From: Ruditapes philippinarum
Taxonomy: Eukaryota
Assembly: GCF_026571515.1 (NCBI RefSeq)
Contig: NW_026862663.1
Span: 310,001-374,000, forward strand
DNA length: 64,000 nt
Direction: 5' to 3'
Positions 27,641 to 41,945 of this stretch are shown here, piece after piece. Both the position numbers and the translations under genes were made by a program. Position 1 is the first letter of the stretch. Each line of letters starts with the position of its first letter. The notes beneath the pieces were generated by a model, which searched no databases, had not been told where the DNA came from, and worked only from the letters and a program-made list of their open reading frames with translations.

Positions 27641-29539
27641 TGGTCGATTCTGAAAATGACTCCTGTATATTAATTTTGAGGTCAGTCGGTTAAAGGTCTA
27701 TCACTGTAGCCTTGGCAACAAATTTCTTATGTCTTTATTAAAAAGCTTAAAAGGTAAAATGGGCAATTTGAAACGGTGAGAGAAAAAAAAGCGTTTGTAT
27801 TGTATACGTACAAGTGATTCCGAATCAAATACGGTCATTTTAAGCTGAATTACTGAATTCTGGATCACAAAATGTGAGAATAGCTTGCGAAAAGTCCGTG
27901 GTTCAAACAGCAAATTATCCTTCTCTACGTTATCTTGTATAATGATAAATCCTTTGTATCAACAGAATAAAGTTCTGCAATAGATTATATTACGTCATAA
28001 TCTAAATAATGACATAATCTTGTACAGTTTCTCGTCCGTCTGCCGAGTAATGATTTCAGGTGGATTGTTATCCACAATCGCTACAGATCGATACATGAAA
28101 CCCTAATATAATAAACATACGCCGTTATTTTAATCAATTAATTAAGAAATATTTACGAGCAAAATAACTTGAAAGCGAATACTCAATGCCAAGGCTGACT
28201 CGTAAAAATCTGAATGTCTACGACTAGGTTTTTTTTATTATTTCAGCTTCAGTCTCAAATTCTAGCGCGTACATGTCAAGAAAATACATTTGTATTTTAA
28301 ATGTCACCGTCACTCTTCATTTGACGTGTTATTATGAAGTACCTTCGCGAATTCGCACAGAATGAGGATACGGAGTTACAGAGTATACACTGTCATAAAG
28401 TATTTTATGTTCTTTACTGATTCTCAAATTTATCAAGAATTTGTGAAATTACGAAAAGAAAAGAATGTTACGTATATTTTTCGTTTCTACATCTCGATTT
28501 TAATCTATTCTTTTATATAAATTTGTAAATGGTCATGATTTTCGATTTTTGTTGCAAATCAAGATGGCGGTACAGTAAACAAGTCTCGGAAAGTCTTACG
28601 AAGAACGTGCGCGCATACAACAGATTTTACTGTATTTTTTAACATGTTTTACATTATAACAATAATATCAGATAGTTAATACTAAAGTTATCATATTGTT
28701 TTTGTCTTATATTAGAAATACAGCCGAACCTCAAACAAATAACTTAATGTAGTCTTAAAGGCCTCGTCATTTTCACAAATGTTCGAACTCTATACTAGGC
28801 ATTAGGCATTATTATCTTTGATTCATTAAATGACTGGTAATACTATAACTGAAAAAAGAAGTATGTTACTAAGGTACCATCCGCCGCACTGAGACATGTT
28901 ACCAGTCATGTCCTTGAATAGTATATTTATTATCTAAAATGGTGACCTTATTCATTTGAATTTGATAATTCACAAGTGAATGTTTCCAACAATTATGCAT
29001 TAGTTTTCATATGATTACTGAAAATAATCCACGGGAGGCCAATGAGACCATTATATATGCATTATATCTTTGTAATTGTGTGTTGCTTATTAAGATGGCG
29101 TTCAATGTAGACTGACTTTAGCCTGATTAGCCACACGGACAGACTCACGGGCAAGCATGGGGGCCCCGGACATGTGTAGAATACAAATACCTTTAAAAAG
29201 ATAAGTATCTACCTTAATCGTATGACAATTAACACACAAACGTGTAGTTGATATCATCATAATTCCGAAATGAACTTACGATTTTTGCACAATAACGTTG
29301 GGGAAAAAATCTGGATGCAAGAAAAAACACAACACAAGTATGACAATATTTGAAAGATAACTTCTTTCGAGGCATTTGTTGTGGCTAGGGTCTCTTCCCA
29401 AAGCCTTTTTTTTTTCCGAAAACTCTCATCAGGTTTTCTGTACACCTGTATCACGCTACCGTCATAGAAATGATGTCCACATCTCCGTGTTCAAGTGCTA
29501 CCACTCGATGCCAATCCCACTTTGATGAAGTATGTGAGC

Positions 29540-29872
29540 TCATTCTTCCTCTTCATTATCAGTTTCAATGCCGCCAAAAACTGTTTCGCCGTCGTCGGGA
29601 TCTTCTCCGTATAGTTTAAAGCGTAAATCGAGAACTTCGTTCTTTTTCAGGCATGCATAATGGCAGTAATGTTTCACTAAACCTTCCACTACAAGTAAGC
29701 GCATGCGTAGATTGTATCTAAAGCACTTGTCGTTGTTGTTACGTGCACGAGCATATCTTGTCTGCAGGTCGTAAAGTTTACCATTAAGATGAGTAATCTG
29801 GTCACAGGCTCGACGAAACCTCTTCTCACACTCGTACAGCTGAGCATACATGTCGAATTTCTCCATGCCCAT
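29540..29872 (-). CDS. Intronless ~110-aa uncharacterised coiled-coil protein with acidic tail (paralog 1)
   Basis: ATG at 29872 (or 29866); minus-strand TATAAA at 29948-29953. 38/70 identical residues without gaps to the 31511-31828 ORF, while the flanks do not align. Confidence 0.8.
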   Translation of the reverse strand: MGMEKFDMYAQLYECEKRFRRACDQITHLNGKLYDLQTRYARARNNNDKCFRYNLRMRLLVVEGLVKHYCHYACLKKNEVLDLRFKLYGEDPDDGETVFGGIETDNEEEE

Positions 29873-30665
29873 ATTGATGACAACACTGGTTATAATGTTA
29901 TAATGGTGGTGTTGAAAAGCTCTTGTTCTGGTCGTACTCCAACAATGTTTATAAATGCGATTGTCCAGAAACACAAAATGAAACGTTTATATCCATGTAA
30001 TCAGGTCCTATTACGAAATAGATATTAAACATCAGATAGGAATTATGTGATTGGCTTTATTCACGATAATTTATTCGCGATCCGATAAGAACATGCCCCG
30101 GCGTAATTAAGGCACGCTTCATATAATTGCCAGCAAAGACTTGCTAATGTGGGCCTGCTGTGTCATGTTGCCTCGTTACTCTGGTCACGTGATAATTACC
30201 TGTAATCGGTTAATGATACATCGATAAAGCAATATCTATAGATATTTGACATGATTACCTGGCTATACATGATCAAAAGAAAGCTGTAACAGAATTATAA
30301 CACCCCTAACATATGGTGATAAAATATGTCACCATGGTTCAATAAATCTGCCACTCTTATTTCTTTATTGCTCCTTGTTCAGGTATGTCAACATAGTAAT
30401 GTAAATGAAAGTGAAATATTTATTAAATAGTACAATAAATAGTAAACGCACAATATTTATATTAACAACAGTATTTATACTATGTTAGGCAATCACACCC
30501 CCAGCATATTTACATTTGTATGTATATGTTATTGTCGCTAATACTTGAGACGTTTCTGAATTGCAGATCTTTATTAACATAAGGAATGCAAATAACAAAG
30601 ACATCATGCTCGAAATTTTGTCCAATTTTGAATTTTGCACCACATACAGACAGCATGTAAATATG

Positions 30666-31020
30666 NNNNNNNNNNNNNNNNNNNNNNNNNNNNNNNNNNN
30701 NNNNNNNNNNNNNNNNNNNNNNNNNNNNNNNNNNNNNNNNNNNNNNNNNNNNNNNNNNNNNNNNNNNNNNNNNNNNNNNNNNNNNNNNNNNNNNNNNNNN
30801 NNNNNNNNNNNNNNNNNNNNNNNNNNNNNNNNNNNNNNNNNNNNNNNNNNNNNNNNNNNNNNNNNNNNNNNNNNNNNNNNNNNNNNNNNNNNNNNNNNNN
30901 NNNNNNNNNNNNNNNNNNNNNNNNNNNNNNNNNNNNNNNNNNNNNNNNNNNNNNNNNNNNNNNNNNNNNNNNNNNNNNNNNNNNNNNNNNNNNNNNNNNN
31001 NNNNNNNNNNNNNNNNNNNN
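30666..31020. other. Assembly gap between the two small paralogs
   Basis: N run. Confidence 1.
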
Positions 31021-31510
31021 TGAGGGATTTTCGAGCTATAGCTTATTCAGTGGTAGGGAAAATGCCGGCAGTGTTAATAGATATCGAATCGCATATCAAT
31101 TAATTTAATTATTGATGTATAATATGATTTATATGGTACACGTGTTGTTAAAATCCCCGACTCCACCTGTCCACGGGACATTAGATACTTGGTACATTGA
31201 ATATGATGACCTATGAAATTGTTGTAATGCTACAAAATCACGTCAAAGTTTCTGATAATGATCATCAATGGTACGGAAGCATTCAAAGGCAGCCGAAAAA
31301 TGAGACTAGCAAACACGCCGTCTCCATATTTGATATATTTTGTGGAAAAAAGTTAACAATAAACTGGATATTTTTTCATCAAGAAGTGTGTATGTATTTA
31401 TCCGTTATATAACAAGTAGTTTGACAATGACAATACTGATATACTTCTTTCGACAATTTTTGGCCATTGAGGCCGTGAGACTGAAAAGTCTCTGTTATAA
31501 GAAAACTGGT

Positions 31511-31828
31511 TTAGTTTCCTTCTTCTTCACCGTTCACATCTAAAACAGCTTCATCGAAATTTTCGTCTTTTAATTTGGTGCGCAACTTCATGATTTCAAG
31601 CCTCTTCACCTTGGCGTAGTTACAGTATGACGTCAACGTGTTTTCAACAACTAACATCCGGCTTCGTAGAGAGTACCGATAAAGTTTGTTGTTGTTTTCC
31701 TTCGCAGACATGTAACGTCGGCTGAGGTCGTCAAGCTTCTTATTTAGTTGCAAAATTTGTTCGCATGCTCGTTGAAATCGTTGAAGCTCCACGTTATGCA
31801 GACGATAAATTTCAGTTTTGGTTTCCAT
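31511..31828 (-). CDS. Intronless 105-aa uncharacterised coiled-coil protein with acidic tail (paralog 2)
   Basis: ATG at 31828 (METKTEIY...); minus-strand TATATAAA at ~31948-31955. Shares RFxRACxQIxxLNxKLxDLxxRY and RYxLRxRxLVVE...YCxYA with paralog 1. Confidence 0.8.
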   Translation of the reverse strand: METKTEIYRLHNVELQRFQRACEQILQLNKKLDDLSRRYMSAKENNNKLYRYSLRSRMLVVENTLTSYCNYAKVKRLEIMKLRTKLKDENFDEAVLDVNGEEEGN

Positions 31829-32373
31829 CACTTCTTCCGATTTTTTTTTTTGCAGTAAATTTTCGAAAACTGACGTTATCTCTTCAATAATAACTTTGCA
31901 TCTGACGTGCAAAGTAATCAATAAATAAAAAATAGAAATAATAGCATTTATATAGTAAACCAATTATAATCTCGTCCACACATGATTGTCTCAATCACTC
32001 TGACACCTTGTCACAACTAATTATATAACATTAAAGTGTGACAAACACATATGGCATTAACACTCGGCTTTTGATTACATAAATGTTGTTGTCAATTAAA
32101 AATATGTCAATATGATTTGCCGAAGACTTTGATTAAATGTAAACCAATCATTTGTAAATTAAATATATTGTTGTTCCTGATGCCAAAATTTTTAATTATT
32201 TTATCGGAGATGAATTTCATGCATTTTTTATTTGCGATAAAAAATCCGAAGAAAGACAAACAAGTTACATATCTCTAGCTACAATAATATATACTATCCT
32301 TGACATATTTTTGCAAATTATTTCACACTCAAAATGTGAAGAAAAAAAAAATTTTTTATTCATGAAAATATAT

Positions 32374-32805
32374 AAGTCAAAGTCAAGTCAAAGTATTTAT
32401 TAGCATAAACATATATACATGTTTTTCGCCACACATAATTGGCGGTTAGATTAACAAAAGTAATAATAATATTGAAAAGTATGAAAATGTATAATTCATG
32501 TTTCATTTTCATGTTTTAACAAAAGATGGGCAGTTTTAAGTACACATAAACACATATAATACAAGACATTGCATATTTAACATATCTAATAATATACAGC
32601 ATAAATATGAAAAAAATAGTTTAAAGAAATACATATTTTATTATACAACAACACTCGCATTTCTTTAAAGCCAAATAGACAAATTTTGCAAGTTGTATTA
32701 TAACAGATCTTTTGGGTGTTGACATAAGCTTATTGAATTTATTCATATTAGGCCATGTGTAATAATAATTATCTAAAAGAGTTAAACGTAAATATAGAAA
32801 TGTAA
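32374..32805 (-). mobile_element. 5'-truncated LINE: ORF2 C-terminus, 3' UTR and microsatellite tail
   Basis: Minus strand reads LDNYYYTWPNMNKFNKLMSTPKRSVIIQLAKFVYLALKK, resembling invertebrate non-LTR ORF2 C-termini, and ends AATAAAtac followed by (T)TTGAC repeats. Confidence 0.65.
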
Positions 32806-32989
32806 TAACTAACTGGCGTAACTGGCCATGGGCAAGTATGTAATGATATTGTTACACAACATAAATTGTCATTACTGCTTTGTTTATATTATGTATTTTG
32901 TGCTTTATACTTACAAAGTAAAATCTTGTTGTTGTAGTTTGAAATATTAGTTGAAATTGAATGTTTCCATGAGTCGCCTTAAATTGTTT

Positions 32990-33602
32990 CGGTCAGACCC
33001 TTTAACTTACAGTAATGGCCCTTGATTTGTTACGCATTATGCATTTAGAGCAATAATCGTTTCCGTGCAATTTCTCTGCAAATACTGGTTAGAATTCAAA
33101 TTCTTGTTTCCTTGGTGATTTGACAGGAGATGAAGGAGCTAGTCGTTGCTGCAAATTTAACTTCAGAGGGGATACTGTTCTCTCTAGAGGAGTTGTAAGT
33201 TTCAATGGTGATTTTACAGGTGACGCGAGCAGGTGATTCTGTAGACTGGTAACTTTAATAGGTGACACCTGCAAGTTTCGTGGCCAGACTTGTACGAATG
33301 GGTGTCTCATCTCTCCGCTGTGCCACTGGCTGGTTCTCTTTCTTTTTCTTACTTGGACTAGGTGTGCTGTTTTGTGGGACATTATCTTCATCACTATCAC
33401 TTCAGACCCTTCTGATTGCTCTTGATTAGTTATGTAGTATGCATACAAAGCGCACTATTTTTCTGCAACTACTGGCTGGAATTCAGCAAAACTTTATAGG
33501 AACCATCAATACCACGAGGAGATATGCTTATCGTTGCCTCGTACCGGTCAGACCCTTCAAGACAGAGTTATGGCCCTTGATTTAGTTATGCAGTATGCAT
33601 AG
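32990..33602. repeat. Decayed HINE-type repeat units interrupted by a ~300-bp coding-like insert (~33100-33401)
   Basis: tcagaccctt...cttgatt.gtta.g.a.tatgcat recurs at ~32993, ~33402 and ~33548. Confidence 0.55.
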
Positions 33603-36182
33603 ACTTACATTATGAGAAATGGTCCCTTGTCCTACCTTTATGCCTAACACATAAACATGATCTTTTTATATAGGGATAGGCAATCGTTTTTTTTCAAAAT
33701 GACTTTAAAGATAAATATTCCCCTTTTCATTAAAATTTACTGATCACATTCCGTTATACAATATACAATTACCCATGATATGGACGTATTTTTATAACTC
33801 TTGAGTCAATTTGAACTTACCTTTTTCCATTCAGAATATTCTGAAAATGAATTTTTGTATGTGCTTTTCGTTTTGAAGCCAATTTTGTAACAGTTTCTAT
33901 AGAATCACACGGAAAACAATAAGATACTATATTCTCATAACAGAACTGCTACAAAAGAATTTATTTATAACAAAACATTGTAGCAGGGACCAATTTTATC
34001 ACCCACCACTATAAAATAAGTGATTTTCACCCAATTTCAACATTTTATCACTAATAGACTTTCAAAATGAAGATTTAGTTATGTAAACACTGTATTGTGA
34101 TCTTATTATGGATAAAACAATATTTGTACACATAAAGTAATATATACTATATATAGAAACTTGAATTTATAGGCTTATATAAGTTTCTAAATAAATAAGG
34201 GGAGGTGCATAATGGTCCCTACTTGAGTAAGGGCTGTTACACACACATCAGACATATTATAACGTTGCTATAATGGTGCATGATATGCTAGTGAAAAAGC
34301 AGATCAAAGAGACCTTTTATAGAAAACCTTTTATAGAAAATAATTCTACCTTGGTGCTATACTACATTCCGATAGGCATTAAACAGATATAGTCTAAAAA
34401 TGACATCATATATTGTGAATGTGTAATTATGGTTAACTCAGTGGAAAACAACCAATCGTTATAACTATTTTGCATCTACACCACATGATAAGAAGCTATT
34501 TTAAATGCAACTGAACTTAATTCAGTTTTTTTTTTGCAAAATGGCTTTAAAGAGGATTATCCCCTTTTCATTGAAATTTTCTGCTTCTCACACTTTTCAT
34601 AAATGCAAATATCCAAGTCACAAATTATCATACAGACTTATGAAATATTTCATTTTCTTAAGAAAACAAAATAGTGTAAGTTTCTCAACTAGTTTTCATA
34701 TTTAAAACATCCCATTTTCATCCAATCACCTCATTTCCCATTGAATTTTACGGTTTTCGGACAATCGCTGGCCATGTTACAATAGGATAGTCTGACATAA
34801 AAAGCAGTGTAATATCGCGAAAACTAAGCATATCACATGGCCCGACCCCTACCTCGTGTGGGTTGACTGATCCAAAAAATTGTTTTTAAAAACCTTGCTT
34901 AAAATATGCTTTGAAATAACGCAGTACAGCATATTTCATTTTGGGCTATGTAATGCACAACGGAGACGATATTTTTAGTAATAGCGGGTGTCAAACTCGT
35001 AACACTGGGGCTCCGGATTAACTGAAATACAGAGGTTTTGAGTTCCGTTTGGCTTTTCAAATTAAATGGCGGCGATGGAGGAATCTGTACCGTTGCTCTA
35101 TCGTCCAAAACATAAAATGAAATTACTCTTTTCAGGAGGAGTCGCAGTCACCCATATACGTTTCCGGAGGCGACTATAAATGATCGTCTGTTAATAAATT
35201 AAATGTTCTGACAGTTTTATGATTTACGGTTTAATAATACCATTTTTGTTACTATTTATAGTAACTTTAGTTCATTAGTTTTGTAGTAAGACGGGTCATC
35301 TTCATTTGCTCGAGAATACAATTTACTATTCTATATGTAGACATTTGCAATCCAATTCAACTTAAAAATAAGTAAGTAAATATATAACCCAATGTGAATG
35401 CGGTAACAAACTTATTACACCACAGTTTAATCTTGTAAAACGCTTAAACAATATACCAGTCAATATATTTTCAAAAAAAACGTATATAATCAATTTTGTT
35501 CATATTTATATGTTGACAAAGGACTATATTTAGATTGGAAAACCGTATGTAAAACTTACATGACTTGGTTCTATATACATACAGTTGGTTTTCCGCGTAA
35601 CCATCCCTCACGATAAGATGTATTGTATTTCAGTTTACATTGTACCTCTGGCCGTTCTGATATATTTTGTTTTTTTTTATTGTTTTATTTTTGGACAAGA
35701 GGAGAATATAAAACAAAATAGATATTTGTTCACCTTGACCTTGTATAAGAAAGCGTGTACATAGTTAATCAGTTAAAAAGACTTTTCAACAAGAACTACG
35801 ATTAATGAGTATTTATTATGTAAACTCACACATATATCTATTTTTGTGTAGAGCTTGTAGTGCCGTATTTGATAGACGAAACTGATATACAAAAACATGC
35901 AATTGCCTACTTGGCAGAAAAAAGTTGGATTCCCATGTCATGTCTCATTGGAAAGTTGAAAATTATTTGGCTTTTCCGAGTTGATGTAAATGTAAAATGA
36001 TAGCGTGATGGTATGTAAGGCATGCAATAGGAGTGGCAATTGCAAATACTCCTTTGTTGCATACAGGGCATACGGAGCTGTTCCTAAATGTAACATTCAC
36101 TTCGTCTTGACACTTGTCTTTATACAAGTTAATAGTGATATGGTTAAACATTTTGCTTGCTAATTACTCTAAACATTGTAAG

Positions 36183-37964
36183 ATGGGTGTGGAATTTGCA
36201 GATTTAGAGCGTTTCATTTTTGACGATTGCAATGAAGATGCAAGTTTGAGTGGTGAAAGCTTTGATACGGATGAGCCTAATGGAAACAACGTTAAGCATT
36301 CGCTTAAAAGCAAAATTCTTGAGAGGCGCGAGAACCTTGGATTGGGCAAGATAACAGTAGATTTTTCTCCGAAACAAAATTACCCGGTACACAATCTATA
36401 TCGTTAATTATGTAGTGACTGGATTTTATTTATTTTCTAGAAAAAAAACAACAACAACACAAAACAACAATAAACATAAATAAAATAAAACGTTATAAAT
36501 GGAAGTAGTGTGGTCAAATAAAGAACAGTTATGTGTTCAAGCTGTTCCTTCGAGCAAAATTTGTACATGCTTAACAAAATATTTTTATATGTACTGTTGT
36601 GAAAATATATATGTTAGAGGTATTTTTTGTATTTCATTTCCAAAGTACATAATAAATCCACGCGGTCATCACTATTTCAAATGTACTTTCTCACAAATAG
36701 TTGACACTAAATAGTTGAACAATGGCAATAAATGAATATTGATAAGGATAAATGAATATTGATAAGATCTTCCATGTTTTTAAAAGATTAGTAATCGTTA
36801 CATCTATCTATGACAAAATAATAATGTTTGTTTTGTTTTATTTATTTCAGTTGACAGAGATAGAAAAAGAAAAGGATAGGAAAAGAAAAGAGAGTAACAG
36901 AATTTCAGCAAAAAAATGTCGAGAAAAACAGAAGGAAGATCACAAAAGAAACAAAATGGTAAACACATTGGAAGAGAACAATATGTGTGTGAGTGCGTGC
37001 GTGCGTGCGTGTGGTGTGAAAATGTGCATGAAATCTTTTACAGTTGTTAACACGTCTCTGCATTTTCTGAGATAGCTATAGCATAACGAGTAATATTCTT
37101 GATAAAAGTAACGTTAACAGGGTACGCTTCTTGTTACACGATATATTATACAATTAACATAAAAAGTAGTTGCTTTACGCAAATCTATTTGATGTGTAAA
37201 CATCAATAATGGAAATGAAAAAAACAAAACGTTAATATGTTAACACATAAAAAATTTACATTTGTGTGAGATTGGCCATCGATTTTTATCAAGAATGGAT
37301 TTGAAATGGTAGTTTCATGGTGGGTTTATAAGACCATTACCTCTCAGTTGGTTATAAAGGTTTTGTCTGATCTATTTTATTGTATAACATATCAACTTTA
37401 TTTATTTTCATTAATGGCCGGATTTGGTAGCTACAGATCATGATTGGGATTTAAAAAAATCTTTATGCCATTGTTAAAGATACATGTGAAATAAAAAATA
37501 TGCAATATGTATATTTATTGAGATGATAATACAGACTTAAGCAATGTTATTTTTTATAGTTACTGGAACAACTAAGGGAAGACCAGCAGAAGTTGTTGAG
37601 CAGGGTGCAACAAATTGAAGAGGAGAAAAATAAAGTTATGTTTGCATTGAAAAAGATATTACCTGATTCCTATATTCTAGAAACTTTAAATCAAACTAAC
37701 TATCATGAACTTCGTGAAAACGCTGTTGCTAAAGACAATTTAGAAACCATTAGAACTATAGAACAGACACAATTAATACAAAATGAAGAGCAAGATTTAT
37801 TGCATATTACAAATGAACAAAACATGCATGAGGATGAACATCTAGGAAGTGAAACCTTGTTTTCGTGTCTTATTGGTGACCAAGGGGATGAGGTACAAAC
37901 AGTTGACCAGTTGGTTAATTTTGAGATAGGAAATGATATTTTACTGTCTATATTCACGCAATGA
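36183..37964 (+). CDS. Fos/ATF3-type bZIP transcription factor, cluster gene A1, 238 aa; exons 36183-36386, 36851-36958, 37560-37964
   Basis: GT-AG phase-0 introns give a continuous frame. The 108-nt exon encodes LTEIEKEKDRKRKESNRISAKKCREKQKEDHKRNKM (N-x7-R), followed by zipper LREDQQKLLSRVQQIEEEKNKV. Colinear with gene A2. Confidence 0.88.
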
Positions 37965-39279
37965 TAGGCAATGTTAATGACATTGGAACTAATGTGTAGG
38001 TTTTCACAATGACTCAGTATTTTATGCTAGAATCAAAATTTAACCAGTACATTCAAGTCTCATTTTAAAACATATCATTTCTTTTAAAATAATTAATGAA
38101 AATTAACCAACAACCAACAACAACAACAACAAACACACAAAAAATATTACTAACTTTATGTAATAAATAACTAGTCATGTTCTACCTTACATAAACTATT
38201 TACTTGGTAACATCTTGGGAAAATATGTTTATATTTGATAAGCCAAACAAATTTATGGAATAGTCATATGTTTTAATTTGTTGCATAATTATTTATCAAT
38301 TTGTAAATTAATAAAACATATTAATATGTATTTGGTTTTTGTTGTCATACATGTATTCATTTATTCAGGTTGTTAAAAGATATAGATGCTCTATTTATCT
38401 GAAGAGTAAGTGATTTTTTTTCCACACTGTTGTGTTCATTTAAATAAATGCAGATACTATATTTGATCAGTTTTGTTGGTATACCACGTGTTAGTGTCGT
38501 CCGCTTTGAGTCAATATTATGTACATTTTGTATTTGAATTATTATTTGGATATTGAGAACATTATCGACAACTATGTAACTATATTGTATTGCATTTTCA
38601 ATAGTATACATAGGAAACGTTCCGATATCTGTCCCTCGCAAAATTGTGTACGTAAATATAAAAATGTGAACAGTAGAGTTGAAGTCCTATTACTTTTGCC
38701 CCCAGTCCCCACTGGACTTTGACTTGCATGTGAAACCCCTCTAAAATATAAATATCAACTTCCGTTTTAAGTGAAAATCTATGTTACCAACCTGATAAGA
38801 ATAGATAGTTAATTCAGTCTTGTTGAATGTGGGGGATTATTTCGAATTTAGAATTAGTATGCCCGTCAAAATGTGTAGATGATTACTGCAAGAAAAATTG
38901 CCAACATACTATTTTTATTTTTTAAAAAGGGGTTCAAATTTAATAAAAAGATATTTTCTTTTTGTAAATTCACAGATAACTGACGAAAAATGGAATTGCA
39001 CGGTTTATAAAATAATTAAGAAGTAGACTCTTATGACATCTTTATTTTAAATGGAATCTTCGGTCAATAGTACTTTTTCAGTACATATCACATAATGGAG
39101 CTGAAAGAAGCATAGACTCCAGATTTTCGAACCCATTTAGTCACTTGTTACTGTCAGACAGGAATAAACGATGACTGCCTTAATCATTAAAGACAGCCCT
39201 TCATTTACAATGGGCATATCACATCATAATAACATCATATTCACCAGCTGAATGTACATTCCATTCCATTCAAGGACGG

Positions 39280-39415
39280 TGCTGGCCACTTTCATTATGA
39301 TCGATCGTGAAATCCTTTCAGGGGTCATTCCCATTGTATTTCTGCTCTGGCATGTACTTGCAAAACTGAAAGCAATTAGTACTGGTTAACTGACCAAGAA
39401 CGATGCAGTGGCTAA
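39280..39415 (+). mobile_element. Possible decayed mollusc SINE central domain
   Basis: gatcgtgaaatcctttcaggggtcattccc ... tagtactggttaac resembles mollusc SINE central domains as I recall them; not verified. Confidence 0.3.
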
Positions 39416-41708
39416 ACTTTGCTCTAGTTGCTCACTGTCGTGATCCAGTGGATAAACTTCCATGTTTGTATATCGAGACTGGAAATATTTTATCGAAATT
39501 AATGTATCATTTGATGTTTATGTTTCAATAACTTATGTACAAATTTCAGATCATTCTCTTATTCCCTTTTTCCAGAATAATTATTCTAATTGTGGAAAAT
39601 GACCATTTCTACCCGTTCACCGACTGCCATAGGCCAATCAGAATGGAGAATTTAATACTTATGATAACAAAATGGACGACAAAAGACCCTAAAAAGGTGG
39701 CACATATGGGGCACGCCAATCGCCATGTTTTTGTAGGGTTACCTATGTAAGGAATTCGAATACTACGGATCTTCATATATTATACGAAGCTCGAAACCTG
39801 TGTGTGGGCTTCCTACGGGATAACATTATTCGTAAGAATAAACCTTAGCTTTTTTTTTAGGAAGAAGTATATTTTACGGGGAATAAAATCAAATTCAGGG
39901 CTGGTTGGAGCTGAAATGCTAATACTTGTAATATTACCAAAAAATGCGTATTTCACTTACAATGCATTACCAATAATTTATTTTGTAAGTCACCTAAAAA
40001 TTGAAATCATTTAAAGTTAACTACCTGTTTAGGTTGCTACCACTGTTCTTCCTATTTTACTGGACACCTTTTAAGAAATATTACAAGTATATGTTTTCGT
40101 CAATTTTAGCTTTGTGTCTCTCCAGTAATTACAGTAATTGCATCATTTATGCAAACAATTCTGTAAGTTCTAGATTTGCCAATTAAAGCAACGTTAATAT
40201 TACTCGCAAACGTTATATATATTATTAATCTCGAAGTATGCGTGGCTTTTAAAAAATTCTAGATCTTCTAAGAAGAATGCAAACAATCCAGGAAAAATAT
40301 TAAGGCCCTGCCTTAGACCAATGTATATTTCGAATAAGTCCAAAAAATTATTGTAAATTTCAACTCAACAATAGCATACATAGCCTTAAACATTTTAATA
40401 TTTTTCCATAGATCATGTTTAAAAGTTTAAATATCAGTGCGCTTCGGTACAAAAAGGGTTAAAGATTTTTGTAGGCCAATGAATGCACAGGACAGTCTTA
40501 AATTTTGTGACAGAACATTTTCTGTAATGTTATGTAATACTGCAACTAAGTTAGGAGTCTGAGATAAAATTATTTTTACTATTTTTGTAGGTCTACTAAG
40601 TCTTGTAGGTAGTTTCCCAAAAGAACTTCTTAAAGTGATCCCGCGATTATAATTTGCCATTCCCCCATCCCCTATTAAGCAGGAACTACCCCGCCCACCC
40701 CCTTTTAAGCAGGAACTATTAATCCTTGTGGAAACTGTCCAGAATTTAAAAACGTTCTTGAATAAATAATCTGTAATATGACTGCCAATAATACTAATTA
40801 TTTCTGTAGTATATGTGTTTATGTACTTTATACTTTCATTTGTTGGGATGATGAAAGAAAACCAATTTTTCAATATTCATCATTTTGTTGCTGTATTTAA
40901 GATTTTTAAGATTAAAACATGAACCAACTGAATAGTTTGTAATAAAATAAAATCAAAGTCATTATCGAAACAGTGTCAAACTGTCAATGAGTAACAATGA
41001 CTATACGTGATGCTTTTTTTTTGCCGATCCTTAAAGATCTTTTAGCACGACTTTATTGTTGTGTTTGTGGTATTTTTAGTATTAACTATTTGGCATTTTC
41101 TAGTTAGGTGGTTCCAATATTTCTACTTGAATAATGTTGAATCACCCTTAGGATACGTTGCCTACTTTTTAACTTTGTTTTTTTTTTTTTTTTGACGTCT
41201 TATTTGTGATATGCAGGCTTCATAACCTTTGATCCCTTGTCAAAAATCCATTTAGTTTAGTAGACAGAACTGTAAGCTTATAAAAGAAGTTTGCGTCAGT
41301 CCCGTAATGTATGTACATGTATAAGCGAGTTTATGCATTTTTATGCCTGTTAAGATAATAAAAACGCAAAAAATGTATTTATAAAAAATATCATCAATAT
41401 TTCCCCAGTTTCCTTTTCATTTCCTGAAATCAATGCAGTATCAATGCCGTATTAACTGTCTATAATTACGCAGCCGGTAGCATTGTTTTACAAAACATGT
41501 ATACATACTAAGTGAGCCTGAATTATCTGGGGTTATTTTCACACGAACACGAATTATAAGAAAATATGTGTATTCTATCTTCTAGCCTATCTAACTTATT
41601 TCATATATCTGCTTTCAAAAAAGAAACTTTACAATTGAAATATAAAGAATAATGAAAACAAAGAACATCATGTAATTCTATAAATTACACTTTTGATGAG
41701 CAGGTATT

Positions 41709-41945
41709 TGAGTCGCACTATGACAAAACTAACATAGTGCGTTTGCGACCAGCATGGATCCAGACCAGCCTGCGCATCCGCGCAGTCTGGTTAGGACCCA
41801 TGCTGTTCGCTATCAGTTTCTCTACTTGTTACAGGGTTTGTAAGCGGACAGCATGGATCCTGATCAGACTGCGCGGAAGCGCAGGCTGGTCTGGATCCAT
41901 GCTGGTCGCAAACGCACTATGTTGGTTTTGTCATGACGCGGCTCA
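41709..41945. mobile_element. ~237-bp hairpin MITE with ~100-bp inverted arms
   Basis: aacatagtgcgtttgcgaccagcatggatccagaccagcctgcgc is the inverse of gcgcaggctggtctggatccatgctggtcgcaaacgcactatgtt; a second copy lies at 1-75. Confidence 0.9.

Noticed and set aside
30561-31108. Long ORFs spanning N runs (also 12202-12435 and 45582-45857)
   Set aside because: Artefacts of translating through gaps.
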